64,000 bases of DNA, from IMG/VR virus record IMGVR_UViG_3300046710_000057, positions 22,339 through 86,338 of that record; one strand, written 5' to 3'. The notes below the pieces were generated by a model. The model searched no databases and was not told where the DNA came from. It saw only the letters and a list, made by a program, of their open reading frames with translations. How positions within the stretch are numbered: position 1 is the stretch's first letter; every line of letters begins with the position of its first letter. The position numbers and the translations under genes are program-made. Positions 1 to 10,306 of this stretch are shown piece by piece. Source of the stretch: a virus.

Positions 1-581
1 CAGAACACGACAGGCACAAGACCCAAGAGTGGGCAAGAGACGACGTTTATCTTGCCTACGCGAAGATGATACATTCCACCTTCAATAATGCCTTCTGACT
101 GAGCCTCTACTGTTCTAGGCTGAGTCTGAGTCTCAACAGTCTCTTCTGGCTCTTCGTCAGTGTATATCCCCTTAATGACTTCCTTTTTAGATGTTGTTCG
201 AGCGGTTCTTCGAGCAACACCTTCCAAATACTTTGCTGTAGCGCCAGTAGGCACTACCTCTTCGATACCCATGCCTTTGCGATACTTGGCAGCCGCCTCA
301 CCTCGCTTTCCAATCGTAACGATTGGTTCTGTAGAGGGAGCAGCCAATACCTCATCTGGCACTTCCATTCCTTCAGACGCCGCAACTGCTATACCGGCAT
401 CTGTCAGGTAGTAGAAGCCGTCTGTTGAGTCAACCAGTCCCATTCCTGACAGTTCATGAATGTCATCGAAGATGTGATCTTCGTCCTGGCCTATTTTCTT
501 GGCAATCGTGCTGGACTTTTGCTCGTCATAGCTTATTGCCTTGAGGATACGCTTTTGAGTTTCAGTGATTACCATTGCCAT
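1..581 (-). CDS. Hypothetical protein with winged-helix-like N-terminus (partial, runs off window)
   Basis: Manual translation MAMVITETQKRILKAISYDEQKSSTIAKKIGQDEDHIFDDIHELSGMGLV...; open to position 1; start overlaps the dUTPase stop. Confidence 0.6.
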   Translation of the reverse strand, partial: MAMVITETQKRILKAISYDEQKSSTIAKKIGQDEDHIFDDIHELSGMGLVDSTDGFYYLTDAGIAVAASEGMEVPDEVLAAPSTEPIVTIGKRGEAAAKYRKGMGIEEVVPTGATAKYLEGVARRTARTTSKKEVIKGIYTDEEPEETVETQTQPRTVEAQSEGIIEGGMYHLRVGKINVVSCPLLGLVPVVF

Positions 582-1029
582 TGCTGACTCCTGTGCTGCC
601 AAAGCCACCTGCTCGTGGGTGCTTTTGGCGAATATTATCGACTTCTATTAGTTCAACCCACGGCAATTTGCAGATAACCATTTGGGCAATTCTATCGCCA
701 GGGTGAACAGTGAATGAGGCGTCTCCCCCATTGAACAAAATGACACCAACTACATCAGGATAACCACAATCAATGGTTCCTGGGGAGTTGAGGACCAGTA
801 CACCATGCTTGGCTACCAGTCCACTTCGAGATCGAATCTGAGCTTCGTATCCTATTGGCAGGTCAATCCTGAATCCAGCAGAAATGATAACCCATTCTCC
901 TTCTTCGAGAAGGATAGGTTCGCGGACTGCTGCTCGAAGATCATACCCTGCATCTTCGTTGTGGATTTTTCTTGGGACTAATCCTTGGTTGTTTGCCCAC
1001 TGTGGCTCCATCGCAATTCGGATTTGCAT
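562..1029 (-). CDS. dut: dUTP diphosphatase (trimeric dUTPase)
   Basis: Motifs AGYDL, RSRSG, NSPGTIDCGY, GDRIAQ, RAGGFGSTG; likely start MQIRIAM at 1029. Confidence 0.95.
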   Translation of the reverse strand: MQIRIAMEPQWANNQGLVPRKIHNEDAGYDLRAAVREPILLEEGEWVIISAGFRIDLPIGYEAQIRSRSGLVAKHGVLVLNSPGTIDCGYPDVVGVILFNGGDASFTVHPGDRIAQMVICKLPWVELIEVDNIRQKHPRAGGFGSTGVSNGNGNH

Positions 1030-1063
1030 TGGTTGCCTTTTGTAGTTGGGGTCACGATTCCAG

Positions 1064-1459
1064 TTAGATTCGCTCCTCGGTGGGTCCGTCGTCGGTCGCT
1101 TTCCTACTTCCATAACGCTCCCTTGTTTCCTTTATCTGTCGTTCTTGCCATGCAAGTGTGTACAACTTGTCGTGCATTGCCTGAATGTCGCTCATCAGGC
1201 ATTCAATCGGTGCGATCATAGCATATATGCTGTCAAACGTGTAGATACGCCGTGTGTACTGCGATTTGCCAGGGAAAGGTCTACCTATCATTACGAGACG
1301 ATGTTCCAAATTGATTCCCACTGGAACATGCCAACCTCGTGCAGCAATTGCAATTCGCAACTGTGCAACCACAGCTTCTACCTTTATGGTTTGATGTATA
1401 TGCCTAGCACTTTCGCTACTCTTCTTCTCTGACGCTCTTTCGTTTTCTGAGCTTGTCAT
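1064..1459 (-). CDS. Hypothetical protein
   Basis: 131-aa ORF co-oriented with neighbours. Confidence 0.5.
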   Translation of the reverse strand: MTSSENERASEKKSSESARHIHQTIKVEAVVAQLRIAIAARGWHVPVGINLEHRLVMIGRPFPGKSQYTRRIYTFDSIYAMIAPIECLMSDIQAMHDKLYTLAWQERQIKETRERYGSRKATDDGPTEERI

Positions 1460-1577
1460 CTTCGCCTCTGCATCTGCTACAGCACATTAGTCTGCCATAA
1501 CGCTTTAGTTCTGAAGCCAGTGTTTCTTCGCCACAACTGTCACAATAACTGATACCTGGGAGTTGTTTCTTTTCCAA
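1416..1577 (-). CDS. Small zinc-finger-like protein (TTG start, not in ORF track)
   Basis: AAGGAG RBS; MEKKQLPGISYCDSCGEE...MCCSRC..., two CxxC motifs. Confidence 0.5.
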   Translation of the reverse strand: MEKKQLPGISYCDSCGEETLASELKRYGRLMCCSRCRGEDDKLRKRKSVREEE

Positions 1578-1728
1578 CCGAGTCACTCCTTGAGAATGGG
1601 TTTCTACTTCATCTTACTCCACTCAACAATAAGCGTGTAATGCTACCGAGAATCGCACATTATTTGCTGACTTACTCTCAGTAGGCGTATAATGCTTATG
1701 TGAGAAGCATTCTTCAGGAGGGACACAA

Positions 1729-2424
1729 ATGAAGATTCTGGTAGTTATTCTCCTAATCTTATCCATGAGTGTTTGCGCTACTGCGGCAAACTTGACGGTG
1801 CAATTCTATATTGTCTCAAAGACAAACACCGCAGAACTGAATGAATTGACGAATTATGCTACCCAGCATAACGCAATCAAAGACACGGCGTTCTTGCATT
1901 ACAGTGTTGCAACCAAGGTTATCTATCCTGGCAGTAGCCAGTGGACATATATCACCGCAGGCAAGATGTGCGAAGTGAATATTGGCACAAACTCAGCGAG
2001 ATATTATCTATACAACCCCAAGAGTCCATTGCTGCAAGCGTTCAAGGCTTACTATTGGAACAAACTTGTCACGCAAGGCGGATATACAGGAGTGACGGTC
2101 GATCAAACAGCAGTCGCTCTACCGAGAATTGCATATGGCGGAGTAATCGCCGAATACAATTCGATCACACTTGGTCAGCAATTCGGTTTTGATGTTACTG
2201 CCGGTGTCAACGCAACGCTCAAAATAATGACACCACCTCCACCTCCACCTCCACCTCCTCCTCCGCCTCCACCGCCTCCACCGCCTCCACCACCGGTTTT
2301 AACAGAACCAACGGTGACAATCACCATTCTCGCCGATACGCTCGGAGCAACAGGTGGCGATCAGGCTTGTTACGTGATCACCACGATCATCTATAGGAAC
2401 CTAGATATTGTCGTCACACCCTAA
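1729..2424 (+). CDS. Secreted protein with 21-residue polyproline tract
   Basis: GGAGG RBS; signal peptide MKILVVILLILSMSVCATAA; TATAAT at 1688-1693; opposite strand to its neighbours. Confidence 0.8.
   Translation: MKILVVILLILSMSVCATAANLTVQFYIVSKTNTAELNELTNYATQHNAIKDTAFLHYSVATKVIYPGSSQWTYITAGKMCEVNIGTNSARYYLYNPKSPLLQAFKAYYWNKLVTQGGYTGVTVDQTAVALPRIAYGGVIAEYNSITLGQQFGFDVTAGVNATLKIMTPPPPPPPPPPPPPPPPPPPPPVLTEPTVTITILADTLGATGGDQACYVITTIIYRNLDIVVTP
2233..2295 (+). repeat. CCN codon repeat encoding Pro21
   Basis: 21 consecutive cca/cct/ccg codons. Confidence 0.95.
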
Positions 2425-2531
2425 CACAGAGCTTGACTCTGCGAGCTAACGGAATGTTTGAATATGGTTCAATGGAACCTTGGTATGCGGTAGAAGACGA
2501 AGAGAGGGATAGACGTGCTATCCCTCTCTTT

Positions 2532-2756
2532 TTATGCTTTGAGCAGAGCAACGACAACATCATAAGCCTCTGGTGTGTGTACCCATCCACACTCGGAACA
2601 GTCCTTTACACCTGCTTCAGTGAACTTAGGTGTGCCAGGACAGGTCAACAAAGGATACAACGGACAATAGCAAAACAGACAGTTGATTTCCTTCTCTGTG
2701 TGACAAGGATAGTATTGACAATCGGTGTTGGAAAACCACTTATAGCTGTTTTGCAT
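2532..2756 (-). CDS. Cysteine-rich small domain protein (zf-like family)
   Basis: CQYYPCH...NCLFCYCPLYP...DCSECGWVH pattern. Confidence 0.8.
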   Translation of the reverse strand: MQNSYKWFSNTDCQYYPCHTEKEINCLFCYCPLYPLLTCPGTPKFTEAGVKDCSECGWVHTPEAYDVVVALLKA

Positions 2757-5668
2757 TATGACAACATAGACGCAGGCATCAGCCGGTCACTCTTCTCCAT
2801 GTCGATCTGCAACTTCGGTCGCTCACTTGCGTTCCGAGGCGGCAGTTTTCGCGCTTTGACTGCGACGGCTATACCTTCTTTGATGTCTCTCTTGAAGTAG
2901 CCCCAAGCACCGGCCCATACAAGGACATCAATACTCTCCTCAAAGTTGCTGATGGTTATGAATGCCATCTTACCGTTGCTTGCGGTATGCTCATAGATAC
3001 GGTCTACATAACCCAGCATTCGATACTGATGGTCAGGCGTGTAGTCGCCTTCGTCTAATTGCTGGATTACCTCGGCTACATCAAGCAGATTGTATGATTG
3101 TTTCAAGTACTCATACTTCTGTAGCGGAGGATTGATCAAGAACTCCTCTAAACGCTCCAGTTGATCGCCATTGGCTAATCGCTTTTGGAAATCAGACAGA
3201 AGCGTGATCTCGTATATGTTGATGTAGTCAGTGTTACCGCTCTTCTTGGCTTTGATGAGCACTGGCGCTTCCTCGGTAAGTTCTTCGTTGAAGAAGTGCT
3301 TGTAACGCTCGTACGCTTCTGGGTCAAAGAACCCTTGAATGAAGTCAGTGCCGTCGTCCAAGTTCATCTTAGCGTTGCCGTGCCACTCTTCCTCTTCACT
3401 GTCAACGTCACCAGTCTTACGACCTTTATCTTTGTAACCATGTTCGATACCATACGCCTGTCCCTTCAGAATGAAGAATCCAGGCTCTCCATCAGTTCCA
3501 AGGTCGCGAATATCGGTGATCTTGAAGTTACGCTCGACAGCTTCGTAAACATCTCCGTAGAAAGTCAACAGGCTCTTCTTAGGAGGAACCTGGAGCACTG
3601 TCATTTGCATTTCGATATATTCGCGCTCTCCCCAAGTAGATTCGCCTCTAGCCTCTTCGAGTGCCTCTAATGACGCCATTGCTTTCGGATACTTCAGTAT
3701 CGACTCCAGGTGCTCCAAAAGTGGCTTTGAGTTAGGGAACATTGGCTCGAATGCACCGGCCTTAACCAAGGCTCTGATTACATTACTGTTGACTTTGCGC
3801 CTGGTAATCCGTGTGAGGAAATCATTCCAGTCTGTGTAAGGCTGCTTAGAGATCAACTCTTTGGCTGCTTCAGGACCAATACCTTTGATCGACTGAAAGC
3901 CTACACGCATTCCATTAGGCTCAATCCTAAAGTCGATGTTGCTCCGGTTGATATGGGGCAACAAGATTTCCATTCCCATTCGACGTGATTCCTGAATGAC
4001 GTTGCGCATCTTATCAGGTTTGTCTCGGAGAGAATTGATTTCGCAAAGCAAGAACTCATTTGGATAGTAAGTCTTGAGCCAAGCCGACCTGTAAGCAAAG
4101 AAAGCATAACTGGCAGAGTGTGCGGCATTGAATGAGTAGGCTCCAAACTCTATGATTTGATCGAAGATTATCTTTGCCGCCTTCTCACTCAAGCCGTTTG
4201 TGATTGCGCCTGCGATAAACTCGACTCTAAACCCTTCCATAGTCTCTTTGCCGACAGACTTCGATATGGTTTTGCGTAACTTCTCAGTCTGTACCCAGGA
4301 CATTCCGCCCATGTAGTGAGCGATAGCCATGATCTGTTCCTGGTAGATCATCAACCCCATTGTGGCAGCAGTCGCTTTGTCATAAGCCTTGTTGATGCTT
4401 GGAATCTCACTCTTGTTCTTGCGCCTGTCTAGCCATTCTTGAAGGATTCCTGATCGCATAGGGCCAGGACGAGCGATTGCGTTTATGTCACCCAGGTCGA
4501 TAACGTTTTGTGGCACTGCACGCTTGACGAGCTTTCTGAATAGAGGAGTTTCAAACTGGAATATTCCGAGAGTATTACCTTCTTGGAAGATGTGTTTGAT
4601 AACCTCGTCGTCATCGTACTGGATGTTCTCCATCCAAACATCGAGGCGTGGTGGTTTGAACTCAACCAGCGATAGGTCTCGAAGTTCCTGACAACCTTTG
4701 CACTCGCATGTCTTGAAGTCGTGTCGCTGGTTGACCAGTTCAATCGTATCGGCCAGGACTCTGAGTGTTCGTAGTCCAAGGATGTCCAACTTGAGTAGAC
4801 CACGCTCTTCGACATCCTTCATTCCAAATCCAGCAACCTTAGTTCCGTCGCGTTTGATTGTTAAAGGAATATCGTTCACAAGTTGCCGGTCAGACACTAC
4901 AACACCTGATGGATGGACACCTTGCGCTCTGATCTGACCTTCCAGTTTGATGGCTTGCTCGACTACTTCAGGATACCGGACTTTGAACTTCTGGCAGGAA
5001 GGAATCTGATCAAATGTATCCTTGATACAGAAGTCGGCGTCTTCGTCTCCTTTGGCCCTGCTGTATATCAGTGGGGTCATCTTGTTGACCTCTGGCGGAG
5101 GAACTCGGAAGACTCGACAGACATCGCGGAAACACTGCTTCCCCTTCATCTTTGTGAACGTTGCGATGTCTGCTACACAGTCGTTGCCGTACTTATTGTT
5201 GAGGTATTCCTTTATCTCTGACCGACGAACATCCGCAAAGTCCAGGTCAATATCAGGATAGTCGATACGATTAGGGGAAATGAAACGAGCGAAAAGAAGT
5301 GGGGCCGCACCAGGACCGGCAACCATAGGATTGAGAGAAGTAATATCGAGTAGATACAGAGCCAACGACGCATTAGCACTACCTCTTGCGTTGAATGGAA
5401 TCCCATTCTTTCGTGCAAACTGACAGACATCCCAGACGATCATAACATACTTGACGAATCCCAATCGGTAGATTTCTTTGCACTCGAACGCGATTCGATC
5501 AAGATACACCTGTTCGTCTGGGATTTTGCCTGCGAACTTACGCAACCAACCATACTCTACTTTATAGAGCATAAAGTCAGTGAGTTCGTCGTAGGTACGG
5601 CGTTCTTTGTCTGACAAACCAGCAAGAAAGTCGCTGGCCGAAATAAGCTCAGTCTTCTTTTGAGACAT
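2756..5668 (-). CDS. dnaE: DNA polymerase III alpha, catalytic/finger/OB part (lacks PHP domain)
   Basis: RGSAN, PDIDLD, GVHPSGVVV, LKLDILGL, GIFQFE, YQEQIM, YSFNAAH motifs. Confidence 0.95.
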   Translation of the reverse strand: MSQKKTELISASDFLAGLSDKERRTYDELTDFMLYKVEYGWLRKFAGKIPDEQVYLDRIAFECKEIYRLGFVKYVMIVWDVCQFARKNGIPFNARGSANASLALYLLDITSLNPMVAGPGAAPLLFARFISPNRIDYPDIDLDFADVRRSEIKEYLNNKYGNDCVADIATFTKMKGKQCFRDVCRVFRVPPPEVNKMTPLIYSRAKGDEDADFCIKDTFDQIPSCQKFKVRYPEVVEQAIKLEGQIRAQGVHPSGVVVSDRQLVNDIPLTIKRDGTKVAGFGMKDVEERGLLKLDILGLRTLRVLADTIELVNQRHDFKTCECKGCQELRDLSLVEFKPPRLDVWMENIQYDDDEVIKHIFQEGNTLGIFQFETPLFRKLVKRAVPQNVIDLGDINAIARPGPMRSGILQEWLDRRKNKSEIPSINKAYDKATAATMGLMIYQEQIMAIAHYMGGMSWVQTEKLRKTISKSVGKETMEGFRVEFIAGAITNGLSEKAAKIIFDQIIEFGAYSFNAAHSASYAFFAYRSAWLKTYYPNEFLLCEINSLRDKPDKMRNVIQESRRMGMEILLPHINRSNIDFRIEPNGMRVGFQSIKGIGPEAAKELISKQPYTDWNDFLTRITRRKVNSNVIRALVKAGAFEPMFPNSKPLLEHLESILKYPKAMASLEALEEARGESTWGEREYIEMQMTVLQVPPKKSLLTFYGDVYEAVERNFKITDIRDLGTDGEPGFFILKGQAYGIEHGYKDKGRKTGDVDSEEEEWHGNAKMNLDDGTDFIQGFFDPEAYERYKHFFNEELTEEAPVLIKAKKSGNTDYINIYEITLLSDFQKRLANGDQLERLEEFLINPPLQKYEYLKQSYNLLDVAEVIQQLDEGDYTPDHQYRMLGYVDRIYEHTASNGKMAFITISNFEESIDVLVWAGAWGYFKRDIKEGIAVAVKARKLPPRNASERPKLQIDMEKSDRLMPASMLS

Positions 5669-5888
5669 ATGTCTTCACCGGTACTTCACCAAGCGCCTGT
5701 TCTATGAGGAGTTCCCAACATCCATTTTGGAATGCTGTGTTCTCACAGTCACTACGGTTTGACATAGTGCAGAACTTTGCATCCACCACCTCTTCCATGA
5801 ATGGGCAATGACGTGGTGGATGCTTCTTCAGATATTTGAATATCTTTCGTGTGAGCCTATCGCTCAGTTGTTTACTAGACAGAGACAT
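5649..5888 (-). CDS. Hypothetical Cys-containing protein
   Basis: 79-aa ORF overlapping the dnaE start. Confidence 0.55.
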   Translation of the reverse strand: MSLSSKQLSDRLTRKIFKYLKKHPPRHCPFMEEVVDAKFCTMSNRSDCENTAFQNGCWELLIEQALGEVPVKTYVSKED

Positions 5889-5898
5889 CTTCTATCTC

Positions 5899-6354
5899 CT
5901 ACTTGATCTTGCACTTGAACTTGATGGTGAGATTCCCACCTTCGTTGATCTGCTTGATGGATTCGCCAATGGTGAATACTATGTCAGTGTTGACTATCAT
6001 AGCTGGGATGGCTACAGCACCTACAAAAGCCGAGTTAGCTATGTAATCTACACCTGCTGCACTCATCTTGACGGCTGTAATTGTAATCGGCTTGGCGACG
6101 GTTACAGTAGGACTGGATGCTATAACATCTGGCATTTGTGCGCCATTTGCATCTTTGTATGATACTGTGACCGTGCTGACTATTGGCGGCTGTGCTGACT
6201 GCAAGTTGGTCAGAACCAACGTGAAGTCGATCACGTCTCCAGGTTTCACGTTCCCTACTGCGGAAGTCGTCAGATCAACTCTCAAGATTGACGATTGTCC
6301 GTAGGCAGAGATGGCTAGAGCAACCAAGATGATGCAAAGTAGAATCGTTCTCAT
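5899..6354 (-). CDS. Secreted Ig-like (DUF11-like) protein
   Basis: Signal peptide MRTILLCIILVALAISAYG; VKPGDVIDFTLVLTN resembles the DUF11 repeat. Confidence 0.6.
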   Translation of the reverse strand: MRTILLCIILVALAISAYGQSSILRVDLTTSAVGNVKPGDVIDFTLVLTNLQSAQPPIVSTVTVSYKDANGAQMPDVIASSPTVTVAKPITITAVKMSAAGVDYIANSAFVGAVAIPAMIVNTDIVFTIGESIKQINEGGNLTIKFKCKIK

Positions 6355-7628
6355 TGTTGTTCCTCCTTGATAATTGCCGAATCTCCAAAGACATCTTTGA
6401 GTCGGCGAATCGTTGTTTCGCAATATTCAGAACTGATGTCAACTCCAATGGAGTCTCTGCCCAATTCTTCGGCAGCAACAAGAGTGGCCCCTACGCCGTT
6501 CATAGGGTCCATTACGATACATGGTCGGATTTCGTCTGACATACACTGGCAAGTAGGCTCCCATCCAACAGTTTCGTATCCGGCAGATACACTTTTGACG
6601 CCCCTTTTAGTAGGGCGAGTGCCAGCCGTTCTGCCATCTGCGTGCTTGTAATGCCCCCTGCCTTCAGCGTTATCCTTTTCTGGGTCAGACCAATCCTTCC
6701 CAAGTAGTTTGGCATACTCTTCGGTTGGCTTAACCACTCTGCGATATGGAGCACCGCAGGAAGCGCAAGCGCCAAACTCGGAGGTGGCTGCTTTGATGCA
6801 AGTATCAGGCAGTTTGATTGGGAAGGTGGCGTAGTGTTTGTACTTTCCACTGATTCGTTCGATGGGGATAAACCAGACGCTTCGGAGTTGTCTTGTTCCA
6901 TCGTAGACTTTGTATTCTGCTGGTCTTGCATTGACCTTCTCCTGATCATGACGTTCTGCCGAACCTTTGGCTGCGCGAGTGCCAGCAGGGAACGTTCCCA
7001 CCTCTTTGACGGCATACTTATCATAGTAGAACTTTGTGTTCTTTGCAAACACGTAGACATACTCATACGATCTGTTTGTTCGCTTGTTGGCTGACGACGG
7101 CATAACCGAGCCAGGATTCTGAAACAGTATCTTAGCCTTCTTGCCTTCAGCGTCGTAAGTGTCCATCATCTTCTCGTTGTAAGACGCACCCTTGGCCCAA
7201 ACGATCTTGTCGGCCACTACCCAGCCGTCTTCTTCGAGAGCAAGTGCAAGGCGCTCAGGAATCATTCTGAGCCTACCGTTCTTGTGACAGTCACCGATGT
7301 TGTACCAGATAGTGCCATCGTCACGAAGGACTTTGCCCATCTTATGAAAGACGATAAGCGAGTTCTGGATGTAGCGATCTACAGTCTTCTCATTGCCGAG
7401 AACGCCATACCAGGAACCACAACCTCCGCAGAATTGTTCCCCTTCTTTGTTCGTCTTCATTGGGAACTTACTATGTTCACAATCAGGCCAGTAACCCCAG
7501 TACGAAGGAGCAATGCCATAGTCTCTCATATCGTGGTAAGGTGGGCTAGTGACAATGCACTGGGCTATTCCTTGGTATTCTGGTCGCTCACACACGTCGA
7601 TCAGATCACCGGTTACAACGTGAATCAT
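6351..7628 (-). CDS. Site-specific DNA methyltransferase (N4-C/N6-A, beta-class order)
   Basis: Catalytic TSPPY N-terminal, HYATFP, SAM-binding VMDPMNGVGAT C-terminal; Cys-rich inserts; ATGA coupling with the upstream gene. Confidence 0.9.
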   Translation of the reverse strand: MIHVVTGDLIDVCERPEYQGIAQCIVTSPPYHDMRDYGIAPSYWGYWPDCEHSKFPMKTNKEGEQFCGGCGSWYGVLGNEKTVDRYIQNSLIVFHKMGKVLRDDGTIWYNIGDCHKNGRLRMIPERLALALEEDGWVVADKIVWAKGASYNEKMMDTYDAEGKKAKILFQNPGSVMPSSANKRTNRSYEYVYVFAKNTKFYYDKYAVKEVGTFPAGTRAAKGSAERHDQEKVNARPAEYKVYDGTRQLRSVWFIPIERISGKYKHYATFPIKLPDTCIKAATSEFGACASCGAPYRRVVKPTEEYAKLLGKDWSDPEKDNAEGRGHYKHADGRTAGTRPTKRGVKSVSAGYETVGWEPTCQCMSDEIRPCIVMDPMNGVGATLVAAEELGRDSIGVDISSEYCETTIRRLKDVFGDSAIIKEEQQ

Positions 7629-8083
7629 TTCGTATACCTCTTCTGCACTTTGCGACAATACTCGATTGCTGTTGCTACTGAACGGTAAGGATTCCCACTG
7701 CCTCTTCTTACTACGCAACCTCTGCTCATTATAGTTCGGCATCGAAAGCCTAATGGTCGCCAACGATCTAAATGACGCGAACCTCGAACGGCTCTACCGG
7801 TGTCTGCAACGATCAGATGTTCTCCGGTGTGAAGTTGAATCACAGTGCCGAGAGGATAGTGACGCCGATCTGCGGCAACAAATCCAGGTCTAACTTTGTG
7901 TCCTGAAGCTGTTATCCCCTTTGTGTTTCCACATTGTTTCTTGGTCGCTTGGTATTCAGAAATCTTGAATGTAGCACCACGAGCTACTTTGGCAAAAACG
8001 AAAGCTGCCAGCACTGCAACTCCAATCGCTACCATCCAAGCAATAGCAAACGTCCGCCAGATGCTTTGGTCTTCTTCGTACAT
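7625..8083 (-). CDS. Membrane-anchored 3D (Asp-Asp-Asp) domain peptidoglycan-active protein
   Basis: N-terminal TM helix; GITASG...VAAD...PLGT...VADTG...HLD. Confidence 0.85.
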   Translation of the reverse strand: MYEEDQSIWRTFAIAWMVAIGVAVLAAFVFAKVARGATFKISEYQATKKQCGNTKGITASGHKVRPGFVAADRRHYPLGTVIQLHTGEHLIVADTGRAVRGSRHLDRWRPLGFRCRTIMSRGCVVRRGSGNPYRSVATAIEYCRKVQKRYTK

Positions 8084-8096
8084 AAGGTTGTCCTCC

Positions 8097-9188
8097 TTAT
8101 TCTTCGTGACCTTCTACAACTAGCGTCTCTATACTCTCTCGTAGCTTCAGTTGCCCTCCGGCCTGTTTCCACTTACCGAATCCGTCGTATCCGTTTGATT
8201 GCGTTATGTCAAGATTCGGCAATCGTTGTGTGGCTACAGGGAAATCAAAGGTTATTTTTGCCGCGATTTCACATGTAGCGTCCAGAGCACTTCTAACAAT
8301 ATCATCAGAGATACCAGGATGGTTAGCTCCAAATGCTTCCTCCATTTCTTGCCTTGTTCGCATATAGAGGTCGCGACAAGAGAACGACCAGAGATCAGGG
8401 TCATCGAGTGCTTTACCTTGTTGAATTGCCAATAAGATGTCGTGCGTTCTTGCTTCGTTTTTGTGGATGTAGTGGCAGTCGTTCGTTGCTACCATAGGGA
8501 TGCCGGTGTCATTCGATATGTCAATGAGACCAAGGTTACACTTGCGTTGGTCATCATCGTTGATCGGCATGATCTCGATGTACAGGTTCCCCTTGAATAT
8601 CTCGTCCAGCTTGCTGGCTCGGTCGAGAGCCAAATCGTAGTTGTCGTCTTTGAGAGGTCGTGACAGAATGCCACCAGAGCACGCTGTCATTGCTATCAGC
8701 CCCTCATGATGCTTCTCCAGGGCTACCCAGTCAGTACGTCCAATCATACGACCGTAGCCGCCTTCAATAGCTCCAATCAGATGAGCGTCGGCTATAATGG
8801 ACATCAGATTGTGATAGCCGGTCTCGTTTGCTACGAGCAACGTTATGTGGTCTCGCTTCTTACGCAAGCTGTTTTCGGCTTTGATCTGTTCCTTGATACC
8901 TGCGTGCTCCGAAGGTTCGTGGTCAAGTAAAGTTCGATCAATTTCGTCTTTTGAAATTGGCTTGACAAGACAATCATCAACGAAATACATCTCACATCCG
9001 ATGATCGGCTTGATGTCTGCCGCCTTGCAAAGATTGTAGAATTGGTTGCAACCACTGGCGGTTGCATGATCTGTCAACGCCAGAGCCTCAAACCCAAGTT
9101 CCTTAGCTCGTGCTACTATCTTGGGTAACAGACCGAAGCCGTCGAGTACACTAAACTCTGTGTGGACATGTAGGTGACAGAAGTTCAT
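8097..9188 (-). CDS. dnaE: DNA polymerase III alpha N-terminal PHP domain as a separate gene
   Basis: HLHVHTEFSVLDG, ALTDH, IIGCE, TACSGG, ATNDCHY. Confidence 0.95.
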   Translation of the reverse strand: MNFCHLHVHTEFSVLDGFGLLPKIVARAKELGFEALALTDHATASGCNQFYNLCKAADIKPIIGCEMYFVDDCLVKPISKDEIDRTLLDHEPSEHAGIKEQIKAENSLRKKRDHITLLVANETGYHNLMSIIADAHLIGAIEGGYGRMIGRTDWVALEKHHEGLIAMTACSGGILSRPLKDDNYDLALDRASKLDEIFKGNLYIEIMPINDDDQRKCNLGLIDISNDTGIPMVATNDCHYIHKNEARTHDILLAIQQGKALDDPDLWSFSCRDLYMRTRQEMEEAFGANHPGISDDIVRSALDATCEIAAKITFDFPVATQRLPNLDITQSNGYDGFGKWKQAGGQLKLRESIETLVVEGHEE

Positions 9189-9385
9189 AGTTGTTCCTAT
9201 AAACCGAGTGGGGCATATCTCAGCCCCACTACGGTTTTCAGCGTCTTGATTTGTCGGAAACCAAGTTGTGTATCTTGAACCTGATTTAGTTTGTTCACTC
9301 CTGGTAGATTACGCGCGGCCCATACCAAGGTACTTCCAAACCTTGAGACTCTTAATTACACAGTCTCACCCCAATCAAGACACAT

Positions 9386-10285
9386 CTACTTTGCATCGTC
9401 AAACGGAACTCGATCAGAGTCTTCTTTCTTGGTGCGACCGACTCTGCTAGGCGGCGGTTTCTTCTCTTCGACTGGACCACCACCACCAAGAAGCTCTTCG
9501 ATCTTCTTGACGTTAGCCTCATTGTCAGATGTAACCAAGCCATCGAGCTTAGGCATCTTCTCCATAATGAGGGTCTTCTCTTCGTCGGTCAGAGGATAAG
9601 ATTCGGAGTCGGCTATAGCGCCATACTCAACGTCCATGTCACCCTTCTTGGGGTTCTTACCTGTCGTCTTGGTAAGGTAGAGATCGCGAACAGAGAGATT
9701 GACTCTCTTCTTCGGTTTCTTGGTCTCAGGGTCCACGACTACTTCGCCCTTGGCATCCCTGACCGTCTCCAAGTAAGCAGGGTGAGTGGCAACTGCGCCG
9801 ATAGCCTTCCAGAGTTGAGGACCGGCCTCGATGATCTGAAGGTTGTTTGGCAGGCCGGATGCAGCTTGTTCCTCTTGATACAGCCGGTTGATTATCACGA
9901 AGTAGAACTTCGCTTTCGGATAGAACCGCTCGTATCCGTGTTCCAACGCCCAATCGCAGATCGGACAGTTCTCAGGGTCCAACTGAGGCTTAGGGGAGTT
10001 TTGTAAAGTAGTGATGTTACCTCTGCAAATAACCCTTTTCCACCCCTCTGGAGTCTGAACCATATGAACATAGGCTTGTGCGAATGTTCCGTATGGGCCT
10101 TTGACTACACGAACCTTCAGTCCGCCACCCTCAACAGGAATGTCCTGCTGCCGAATCAGAACCTTGCCCCCTTTATCGAGAGCCTTACGAGTGTTTTCCC
10201 ACATCTCGACGCTATCAGCATAGTCCTCGTCGAACTGTTCTTGCCGAATCTCTGCGTCTACTTTCTCTTCTTTTTCGTCACTCAT
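9386..10285 (-). CDS. Single-stranded DNA-binding protein, gp32-like
   Basis: H...C...CPIC zinc site, FYFVII, acidic tail ending PFDDAK; replication context. Confidence 0.7.
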   Translation of the reverse strand: MSDEKEEKVDAEIRQEQFDEDYADSVEMWENTRKALDKGGKVLIRQQDIPVEGGGLKVRVVKGPYGTFAQAYVHMVQTPEGWKRVICRGNITTLQNSPKPQLDPENCPICDWALEHGYERFYPKAKFYFVIINRLYQEEQAASGLPNNLQIIEAGPQLWKAIGAVATHPAYLETVRDAKGEVVVDPETKKPKKRVNLSVRDLYLTKTTGKNPKKGDMDVEYGAIADSESYPLTDEEKTLIMEKMPKLDGLVTSDNEANVKKIEELLGGGGPVEEKKPPPSRVGRTKKEDSDRVPFDDAK

Positions 10286-10306
10286 TGTCTGTTTTACCTC
10301 CAGGTA

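Noticed and set aside
5560-8200. Split intein joining the DnaE halves
   Set aside because: No C/S-start block at the end of the PHP gene and no HN-C/S/T block at the start of the catalytic gene.
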